Positions 26,106 through 32,000 of a stretch of 32,000 nucleotides of DNA are shown here, piece by piece (positions within the stretch are counted from its first letter, which is position 1; each line of letters opens with the position of its first letter). The notes below the pieces were generated by a model. The model made no database searches. It worked only from the letters and a program-made list of their open reading frames with translations, and was not told where the DNA came from. Origin of the DNA: Nitrososphaerota archaeon (GTDB taxonomy: Archaea > Thermoproteota > Nitrososphaeria > Nitrososphaerales > UBA57). Position numbers and translations under genes: made by a program. The DNA lies in NCBI GenBank assembly GCA_002713205.1, contig PAVW01000011.1:26143-58142 (forward strand), in the 5' to 3' direction.

Positions 26106-26118
26106 TTTAATATAAATT
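26106..26118. promoter_or_regulatory. candidate shared TATA-like element in a 50-bp divergent spacer
   Basis: TTTAATATAAATT is centred between the starts at 26084 (minus strand) and 26135 (plus strand), about 25 nt from each. Confidence 0.35.
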
Positions 26119-26134
26119 ACGTTGAAATCTAAAC

Positions 26135-26329
26135 GTGGATATAAAAAAAATTAGGAAAAATAAGCTAGTTGTATTTCTGTTATTCAGTAGCGCAATGATT
26201 TGTTTTATGGCATTAGGAGTACTTTTAATAATATATTATTTTGATACCAGGCACCCTATGTTTGTCTTATTAGGATTTCCATTAGCGTTCTTAATGTTAG
26301 AGGTTTTAAGACAAATTGTTAAAGAATAA
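26135..26329 (+). CDS. small hypothetical two-TM membrane protein
   Basis: 64 aa with a GTG start and two hydrophobic helices. It overlaps the downstream kinase ORF by 14 nt. Coding status is uncertain. Confidence 0.35.
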   Translation: MDIKKIRKNKLVVFLLFSSAMICFMALGVLLIIYYFDTRHPMFVLLGFPLAFLMLEVLRQIVKE

Positions 26330-27347
26330 ATTTACAAATGTGTTCAAAGAAATTAAAATTACGATATTAGCAGATGTTTTTATAGATCGAATAATTCGAA
26401 TTCCAAATTTTGAATTTTTATTAAAAAAAATAAAAGAAAAATCAAAAGTTGGAGGTGGAAGTATAAGACAAATTTCTCAAAAAGAGGTCATAGGAGGCAA
26501 TGCAACGAACATTGCATATGCATTAGCAAAATTAGGTGCACAAGTAAATCTATTTGTGATTGCTGATGATTTTACAAAAGAATTATTGAATCATCGTTTT
26601 AATGAATATGAAAATGTTCAGATAAATATAATCAAAGGTCAACCAGGTTTCACTGTAGCACTGGAAACAAAATTTAGTGGGAAAGAATCCAATATAATGC
26701 TAAGTGATGTAGGTGGAATAAAGTATTTTGACGGAAGTGAAATGGTAAGAAAATTCAAGAAGACATTCAAACAATCGGATGTAACAATAATATCTAATTG
26801 GGCCTCAAATCTCAATGGAAATGATTTAATAAAAAATGTATTTTCTATTACTAATAATTCTATAAGATTATTAGATTGTGCAGATATATCGACGTCGGTA
26901 GATAGATTGCCGAAACTTATAGACGATATAATTCGGAAAGATCTAGTTGATATAATTAGTTTAAATGAAAATGAATGTAGTGTATTGAGTCAATATCTAG
27001 GATTTAAGAAATTATCAGAAAATTATTCAGTTAAAGATATAAAAGAGATAGCTGTGAGTTTATCGTCGCATCTTAATTTGTCAATAGAAATTCATACACC
27101 ATTAGGTTCATGTTCGGCAAGCGATAATGATGTTCATTTTGTAAAATCGTTTGAAATACAACCTATAAGGCTTACAGGAGCTGGAGACGTTTGGAATGCA
27201 GCAAATGTACTTGGGATAAAAAAAGAGATTTCAGTCGAAAAGAGACTTAAGTTTGCTAATGCTTGCGCAGCAATTTATGTATCTAGCTTTCGAAATAACG
27301 ATTTTGATCTGTCTGATGTAGATAAATTTTATAATCCATTCACTTAG
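26316..27347 (+). CDS. PfkB/ribokinase-family carbohydrate kinase
   Basis: 343 aa. GGNATNIAYALAKLGA (GG motif) and LTGAGDVWNAA (anion-hole/catalytic motif). TTG start, with no in-frame ATG nearby. Confidence 0.75.
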   Translation: MLKNKFTNVFKEIKITILADVFIDRIIRIPNFEFLLKKIKEKSKVGGGSIRQISQKEVIGGNATNIAYALAKLGAQVNLFVIADDFTKELLNHRFNEYENVQINIIKGQPGFTVALETKFSGKESNIMLSDVGGIKYFDGSEMVRKFKKTFKQSDVTIISNWASNLNGNDLIKNVFSITNNSIRLLDCADISTSVDRLPKLIDDIIRKDLVDIISLNENECSVLSQYLGFKKLSENYSVKDIKEIAVSLSSHLNLSIEIHTPLGSCSASDNDVHFVKSFEIQPIRLTGAGDVWNAANVLGIKKEISVEKRLKFANACAAIYVSSFRNNDFDLSDVDKFYNPFT

Positions 27348-27942
27348 TATTTTTCAATTGTGTTAAAGTGATACTGCCTTCACGCAGAATTATAAGATTA
27401 CCATCTTTAATTTGTACAACGGTAGATTCCAATTGTTTAGTGGAATCATTAGCTAAAATTGCATCAAAATCATTCAATTCAGAAATTACTTCAGAATAAG
27501 TAGAATGGGATTTTTTGCCCGATATATTAGCACTGCTACCCACCAAATAACCTCCACATGCAGAGATAAGTTTGATTGTAAGAGGATTATTTGGAACTCG
27601 TATTCCCAACAAGTCAGAATTAATTGTTAACAACTTAGGTAGAGCATGATTTTTTATCGGCGCCACTATAGTCAAGGGACCTGGCCAAAATTTTAGTGCA
27701 AATTTATTTAATATTTCATTAAATTCAACTAATTTACGAGCGTAATCAATTGATTGACATAATACAGGCAAGGGTTTGTTTCTTCGTTGTTTAATATGGA
27801 AAATTTTTTCAATTGATTTTTCATTAAAAGGATCACAGCCAATTCCATAAACGGTATCAGTAGGAAATACGATAATTCCGCCATGTTTAACGATATCAGA
27901 TAATTTAATAATGTCAGAGTCAGAGTTCTTGAAAATTTTCAT
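27340..27942 (-). CDS. tsaC: L-threonylcarbamoyladenylate synthase, single-domain YrdC/TsaC type
   Basis: 200 aa. FPTDTVYGIGCDP, KQRRNKPLPVL and SSANISG. No Sua5 C-terminal domain. Confidence 0.85.
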   Translation of the reverse strand: MKIFKNSDSDIIKLSDIVKHGGIIVFPTDTVYGIGCDPFNEKSIEKIFHIKQRRNKPLPVLCQSIDYARKLVEFNEILNKFALKFWPGPLTIVAPIKNHALPKLLTINSDLLGIRVPNNPLTIKLISACGGYLVGSSANISGKKSHSTYSEVISELNDFDAILANDSTKQLESTVVQIKDGNLIILREGSITLTQLKNTK

Positions 27943-28034
27943 CTATATATAAATTATCACGGTTTTGTATATAATTACTTACAAAGCTTTTAAATATTCA
28001 GAATATTATCCTTTGATTTGCGGAAGATAAGTTA

Positions 28035-28844
28035 TTGACAAAGAAATATAATGGCAATAATATTACAAATTTGAAAAATAAATATACTAAAGATATCAAG
28101 AGATATATAAACAATAGTGGAAAGTTGGTCATACTATTTTCATATATAACTACTACAAGTATAATGTTAAGAGGACTAATCGTAAGCATATTCTTTGCAT
28201 TTCCAATAGGATTCTTCAGAATTAAACCTGCAGATGAAAACTATAACAAAACAATAATCAAAATAAGATCAAAAGTAATCATAAGATGTGCTAGAATATT
28301 AGCAGGAGGAATTTGGATAATATTAATGTATTTCATAATAAAATATTCGGGAATAAACAACATGAATACTTTAGTATCTGGTTTTTTAATTACAATTGCA
28401 CTGAGTCAACAAATTGAATCTGCGGCAATGGAAGTAACAACTTCACATATAAGAATTTTTATTTCGTCATGGAATACAGTTCTGTATATTTTCGCAAAAA
28501 GGAAAAGAGGAGAAAGATGGAACGAGATTGTAGAAGAAGCAGAAATGTTATGGATTCATCCACAAATTAGATATTCGGAGCCATTAGAACGACTAGAGGG
28601 AAAATTGAAGGAGCAACAGTTAATGAAACATATTAATAAAGACAGGGAAGAAATGAGCTATTATAAAGAGGTCGAAGACGATAACGAGAGCAAAATAAAA
28701 TTTGCAAACCATGCGATTGAATATCTCCAGAATAAACTAAACATTCATGATAAAATATACGAGCATCAACAGAGGCTTGGTACTTGGACATATGTAATAT
28801 TTTTAGCAATTGGAACGCTCATTTGGCTGGTTCAACCTTTCTAG
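28035..28844 (+). CDS. hypothetical membrane protein with a cytoplasmic charged/coiled-coil-like region
   Basis: 269-aa ORF from TTG. The more plausible start is the ATG at 28164 (Met44). It has three or four N-terminal TM helices, a Glu/Lys-rich segment (EPLERLEGKLKEQQLMKHINKDREEMSYYKEVEDDNE) and a final TM helix. No family recognised. Confidence 0.45.
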   Translation: MTKKYNGNNITNLKNKYTKDIKRYINNSGKLVILFSYITTTSIMLRGLIVSIFFAFPIGFFRIKPADENYNKTIIKIRSKVIIRCARILAGGIWIILMYFIIKYSGINNMNTLVSGFLITIALSQQIESAAMEVTTSHIRIFISSWNTVLYIFAKRKRGERWNEIVEEAEMLWIHPQIRYSEPLERLEGKLKEQQLMKHINKDREEMSYYKEVEDDNESKIKFANHAIEYLQNKLNIHDKIYEHQQRLGTWTYVIFLAIGTLIWLVQPF

Positions 28845-28853
28845 CAGATTAAG

Positions 28854-28879
28854 TTATTCGAATTCTTTCAACCGAATAA
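28854..28879 (+). other. inverted repeat TTATTCG-N12-CGAATAA downstream of the membrane-protein ORF
   Basis: The 7-bp arms were read directly (28854-28860 and 28873-28879), 10 nt after the stop at 28844. A role as terminator or regulator is unproven. Confidence 0.3.
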
Positions 28880-28939
28880 TCAATCATCATAGACTATTAC
28901 GATTATCGTCAAATTATTAGATTTTGTGTTGAAGAGTAA

Positions 28940-29872
28940 TTGTTACATTCTAATTTAAAAAATATTGAACTGAATCAGAGATTAGATTGTAATTTTAATT
29001 ATCACATTACAGAAGAAAGCAAATTAAAAGATGGAGACCGTAATCTTGGAAAATATCATGAATTCAATAAATTAAATGATTTAACTAGTAAAGAATGGCT
29101 AAAATTTCAGAAAAGTTGGTTTATTTTAAATCCAAAGCCTAGAGCAAAAAATGTTCTGCTACATCCAGCAAAATTTCCAGAAGAATTAGTCGAGTATTTT
29201 ATTAGATTCTTCACAAAACGAGGAGATACCGTACTTGATCCTATGGTGGGAACAGGAAGCAGTATAATTTCATCAATGAATACTGGAAGAAATAGCATTG
29301 GTATTGAATTATCCAAGAAATACACTAACATTACAGAAAATAGAATTAGAGAGAAAATAGATAATATGGAAAAACAAAAAGATAGTGGGATAAAAAAAAT
29401 TAATATAAAATTATACAATGGTGATTCAAGAAATCTGGAACAATTAAAAATGAACAATATAGATTATTGCATTACTTCACCACCATATTGGAATATGTTA
29501 CGTGTAAAAGGATTTGAAACTCAGAAGATGAGAAAAGATAACAATTTAGATTTATATTATTCTGATAATGAAAAAGATTTGGGAAATATAGATGAATATG
29601 AAATATTTCTTGAAGAATTATCTGATATTTATTTGAAGGTTCATAATGTTCTAAAAACAGGAGGATATCTAACTGTGATAGTTAAGAATATTAAAAAGAA
29701 TGGAAAAATTTTCCCGTTGGCTTGGGATTTGGTAAACAAATTAAAATTTTTTACACTTAAAGATGAAAAAATATGGTGTCAAGATAATGTCAAATTAGCA
29801 CCATACGGTTACGGATATTCATGGGTAAGCAATACTGTGCATCACTATTGTTTAATTTTTAAGAAAGAATAA
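28940..29872 (+). CDS. N4-cytosine/N6-adenine DNA methyltransferase (N6_N4_Mtase-like), circularly permuted motif order, no adjacent endonuclease
   Basis: 310 aa. HPAKFPEELVEYFIRFFTKRGDTVLDPMVGTGSS (motifs X and I, 29162-29263) comes before CITSPPYWN (motif IV, SPPY at 29477-29488). The TTG start lies directly after an in-frame TAA (28937-28939). Confidence 0.8.
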   Translation: MLHSNLKNIELNQRLDCNFNYHITEESKLKDGDRNLGKYHEFNKLNDLTSKEWLKFQKSWFILNPKPRAKNVLLHPAKFPEELVEYFIRFFTKRGDTVLDPMVGTGSSIISSMNTGRNSIGIELSKKYTNITENRIREKIDNMEKQKDSGIKKINIKLYNGDSRNLEQLKMNNIDYCITSPPYWNMLRVKGFETQKMRKDNNLDLYYSDNEKDLGNIDEYEIFLEELSDIYLKVHNVLKTGGYLTVIVKNIKKNGKIFPLAWDLVNKLKFFTLKDEKIWCQDNVKLAPYGYGYSWVSNTVHHYCLIFKKE

Positions 29873-29896
29873 TCACAATAAGTAATAGATAGTTTT

Positions 29897-29983
29897 GCCC
29901 CAGTAGCTCAGACCGGTCAGAGCGACTAAATAATGTCGAACCTCGTAAGTAGTAGGCCCTGGGTTCAAATCCCAGCTGGGGCT
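29897..29983 (+). tRNA. tRNA-Thr (anticodon CGU) with a 12-nt intron at a non-canonical position in the anticodon stem; CCA not encoded
   Basis: Manual fold. Acceptor GCCCCAG/CTGGGGC, D arm GCTC-AGACCGGTCA-GAGC, T arm CTGGG-TTCAAAT-CCCAG, 5-nt variable loop AGGCC, discriminator U. Removing 29929-29940 yields anticodon stem ACTAC/GTAGT and loop CTCGTAA, with the anticodon CGT at 29944-29946. Confidence 0.8.
29929..29940 (+). other. putative tRNA intron (AATAATGTCGAA; the boundary may shift by 1 nt to 29928-29939)
   Basis: The anticodon arm region is 29 nt instead of 17 nt. A proper stem and 7-nt loop form only after a 12-nt excision between tRNA positions 30/31 (or 29/30). Confidence 0.6.
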
Positions 29984-30017
29984 TGGTTTATATAGAAAAT
30001 GAACTGGCTATTTAGAT

Positions 30018-30716
30018 ATGGAGATATTTAGTTTTGCAATTCTTGCTTTTATTATGGGAATTAAACATGCTTTTGATGCAGATCATGTACTATTAGTCTC
30101 AAATTTTTTATCTAGAACGAAGAGATTAGATGAATCACTTAACATTAGTCTGAATTGGGGAGTGGGACATATGTTAACTGCAGGAATTATAACTTTAATT
30201 ATTTTTTACAATGTAAATTCGCGTCCGGTTGTTATGTTATTAGAAAATTTTGAGATAATTATAGCATCAATAATGGTAGTAATGGGAATAATTAGTTTAA
30301 CCATAGGAATTCCGTTACAACATAAACACGAGCATAATCATGATGGAATTAAACATGAACATGTTCACACGCATAGAGTTGGAGGATTTATAAAAAAAGA
30401 TTTGAAAGCACATCATGCTTCATTCGGAGTAGGGATAATACACGGACTGGCAAGTAATGATGAATTATTTATTGTGCTAATTTTAGGGCTAGGAATTGGT
30501 TCAGTTACTACGTTACTTGGTGCATTATTTTTATTCTCAACTGGAGTAGTATTAGGAATGATGCTTTTTAGTATATTATTATTAAAATCTTCAAACGTTC
30601 TTACAAAAAATTTTAAATTGATTTTAAATTATGGATTTGGAATATCTGCGATAATATATGGATTGTATTTATTCAGTATAAATACAGGTTTAGAAATATT
30701 TCAACATTTATTCTAA
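30018..30716 (+). CDS. NiCoT/NicO-like nickel/cobalt transporter (UreH-like short form) with a His-rich loop
   Basis: 232 aa with about 6 TM helices. HX4DH signature in GIKHAFDADHVLL, a GVGHMLTAG motif, and a central loop QHKHEHNHDGIKHEHVHTHR. Confidence 0.7.
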   Translation: MEIFSFAILAFIMGIKHAFDADHVLLVSNFLSRTKRLDESLNISLNWGVGHMLTAGIITLIIFYNVNSRPVVMLLENFEIIIASIMVVMGIISLTIGIPLQHKHEHNHDGIKHEHVHTHRVGGFIKKDLKAHHASFGVGIIHGLASNDELFIVLILGLGIGSVTTLLGALFLFSTGVVLGMMLFSILLLKSSNVLTKNFKLILNYGFGISAIIYGLYLFSINTGLEIFQHLF

Positions 30717-32000
30717 GAAAATTGCAGGTCTCATAGGTCTAGAGTGAATTGAACGATTCTTTGGGTCATAAATTTTTGAATCGTCTTCAGAATATAAATC
30801 AACTTGGATATCATCATGCGTTTTATAGAAAGACTGGAGTTCTTTAAGAATTTTAATTTCATCAAATAAACCGACGCGAAGAATACGTAATTTTAAATCA
30901 GAATTCATAGTAGATAATTCTTTAAATAAATTCTGGCAGAATTTTGGTATATTCTTCTTAAATTCAGAATATTCAGGATTGCTCAAGCTATTTTCAATCA
31001 GTTCCTTAAGGTTAAGTTGTTCTTGTTTTAATGCAAACAAAAATATACTCCATTTCCAACTAGATGGTACATAAATAGAGATTCGCTGGATTTGGATTTT
31101 CGTGACCTTAAGGATATTATTTATATCTTCAATCGTATTCTTAATTAATTCCTCAGACAATTCTGCACTCTCATCAATTAGAGTTTCATCGACAGTTGGC
31201 CAGTTCTGAAGAGTAATTGAATCTTTATGGCCAAACATTTCCCATACTTCTTCACAGAAAAATGGTGCAAAAGGAGCTAAAAGCTTTATACGTGTTTCAA
31301 AGAAATATTTTAAAAATGAATTCTTATCATTTATAGAAAGAGTCGTTCTTCTATTATACCATTGTAGATCTATATCAAGAAGGTAAACAATATTATGAAG
31401 AGATTCCCTAACACGAAGTTTATCCATGGAGTCGGTAGAAACTTTTATTGTTCTTTGCAATCTATTCACCAACCATTTCTCAATAGAATCAGCTTGAGTT
31501 ACATCATAATTAGGCGTATTCTTGATTTCGTTAACAAGATCATACATTCTATTCAATCGTTCGTTGAATGATTTGACCAATTCAAGACTGAAATCAGCGT
31601 CTTGTAATAATTCTGCGGCAGACATTATTCCAAGACGAATAGGATCAGCACCATATGTTTTCACAGCTTGTCGAAGAGGTATTATATTGCCGAAAGATTT
31701 AGACATCTTTTTTCCATCCATTAATACAGAACCGTTAACTACAATTTGTTTTGGCCATAAATTGTTAGGAAATATTGCAGAATGATTAAAAACGAAAAAT
31801 GTAAGATGGTTAGGTACAAGATCACGACCAGAATGTCTACTGTCTAATGGATAGAAATATAAAAATTCATTTCTGATTTCAGCAAGGAGTGATTTATCAA
31901 TTTTGGTTTGTTCAGAAACTGATTTGAGAGTTCCAATACCAAGAAATACATAATCAAAAAATTCTTCAGGTAGATTTGATGGATTAAGATTATTTTCTTT
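30708..32000 (-). CDS. leuS: leucyl-tRNA synthetase, 3' portion (the gene continues beyond the window edge)
   Basis: KMSKS motif in MDGKKMSKSFGN. I translated the minus frame upstream of the ORF-track Met (31721) and found it open to position 32000 (…HSAIFPNNLWPKQIVVNGSVLMDGKKMSKS). The listed Met is therefore internal. Confidence 0.9.
   Translation of the reverse strand, partial: KENNLNPSNLPEEFFDYVFLGIGTLKSVSEQTKIDKSLLAEIRNEFLYFYPLDSRHSGRDLVPNHLTFFVFNHSAIFPNNLWPKQIVVNGSVLMDGKKMSKSFGNIIPLRQAVKTYGADPIRLGIMSAAELLQDADFSLELVKSFNERLNRMYDLVNEIKNTPNYDVTQADSIEKWLVNRLQRTIKVSTDSMDKLRVRESLHNIVYLLDIDLQWYNRRTTLSINDKNSFLKYFFETRIKLLAPFAPFFCEEVWEMFGHKDSITLQNWPTVDETLIDESAELSEELIKNTIEDINNILKVTKIQIQRISIYVPSSWKWSIFLFALKQEQLNLKELIENSLSNPEYSEFKKNIPKFCQNLFKELSTMNSDLKLRILRVGLFDEIKILKELQSFYKTHDDIQVDLYSEDDSKIYDPKNRSIHSRPMRPAIFLE

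Noticed and set aside
27340-27942. Short (200 aa) Sua5/YrdC protein lacking the Sua5 C-terminal domain
   Set aside because: Single-domain TsaC/YrdC-type enzymes are an established variant, so the length alone is not anomalous.
28035-28052. Bacterial-looking TTGACA ... TATAAT pair at the 5' end of the membrane-protein ORF
   Set aside because: The two hexamers are only 6 nt apart, whereas a sigma70 promoter needs about 17. The rest of the window is clearly archaeal, so this is a coincidence in AT-rich DNA.
29107-29457. 116-aa minus-strand ORF inside the DNA methyltransferase gene
   Set aside because: It lies antisense to the motif X/I region of a well-supported methyltransferase. Its Phe/Leu/Ile-rich composition is what the reverse frame of Lys/Glu/Asn-rich AT-rich coding sequence gives.
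29897-29983. Alternative reading of the tRNA with the anticodon at the canonical position (AAT) and a canonical 37/38 intron
   Set aside because: It leaves an A-G mismatch in the anticodon stem, an A at position 32, and an AAU anticodon not expected in archaea. The 30/31 intron model gives a perfect stem, a canonical loop and a Thr-consistent acceptor and discriminator.
27943-30017. Direct repeat of the tRNA 3' half that would mark att sites of an integrated element around the methyltransferase genes
   Set aside because: I could not find a second copy of the GGGTTCAAATCCCAG-type segment by eye, and no integrase gene is present. I therefore do not call a bounded mobile element; an island remnant remains only a hypothesis.
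30708-31721. ORF-track call of a 337-aa protein starting at the Met inside MDGKKMSKS
   Set aside because: The Met sits in the KMSKS loop of LeuRS, and the frame stays open to position 32000 when translated by hand. This is the 3' part of a longer leuS gene cut by the window edge, not a separate short gene. The plus-strand ORF 31522-31785 is antisense noise.
1-32000. CRISPR arrays, IS elements or transposases, rRNA genes, and C/D-box sRNAs in the spacers
   Set aside because: No spaced direct-repeat array, transposase- or integrase-like ORF, or rRNA-like GC-rich block was seen. The short spacers lack paired RUGAUGA/CUGA boxes. Absence is judged by eye only.

Overview
AT-rich (about one third GC by eye), very gene-dense archaeal chromosomal segment with about 33 protein genes, one tRNA and almost no intergenic DNA. 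The gene content is class I LysRS, a split cobalamin-independent methionine synthase, and a Rieske / cytochrome b / cupredoxin respiratory module. There is also an intron-containing tRNA, and starts that look leaderless with TATA-like boxes about 25 nt upstream. Together these suggest a marine ammonia-oxidising thaumarchaeon (Nitrosopumilales-like), but that is inference, not a database result. Layout by region: (1) 84-2309, a membrane protein and lysK. (2) 2361-16078, a ~13.7 kb surface-glycan / acidic-sugar cluster. It encodes a methyltransferase, a PIG-L deacetylase, an SDR epimerase/dehydratase, two or three GT-B transferases, a NeuB-like synthase, a TIM-barrel isomerase, two nucleotide-sugar dehydrogenases (one CBS-fused) and an NDP-sugar pyrophosphorylase. 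It also encodes a CMP-sugar synthetase fused to a LarA-like (nickel-pincer racemase/epimerase) domain. (3) 16160-18723, an HTH-CBS regulator and split MetE. (4) 18725-21569, cytochrome b, Rieske protein and a divergent blue-copper protein. (5) 21566-27942, housekeeping genes: DUF99, purB, an aspartase/fumarase-family lyase, a PRTase, a dimeric-dUTPase-like protein, a PfkB kinase and TsaC. (6) 28035-29983, an unknown membrane/coiled-coil protein, a circularly permuted orphan N4/N6 DNA methyltransferase, and tRNA-Thr(CGU) with a non-canonical 12-nt intron. (7) 30018-32000, a NiCoT-like metal transporter and the 3' part of leuS. The most interesting candidate is the cytidylyltransferase::LarA-like fusion, which sits in a sugar-acid cluster lacking the enzymes of the canonical sialic, legionaminic and pseudaminic acid routes. 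No CRISPR array, transposase, integrase or rRNA was seen. Every functional call rests on motifs read from the translated ORFs; no searches were run.
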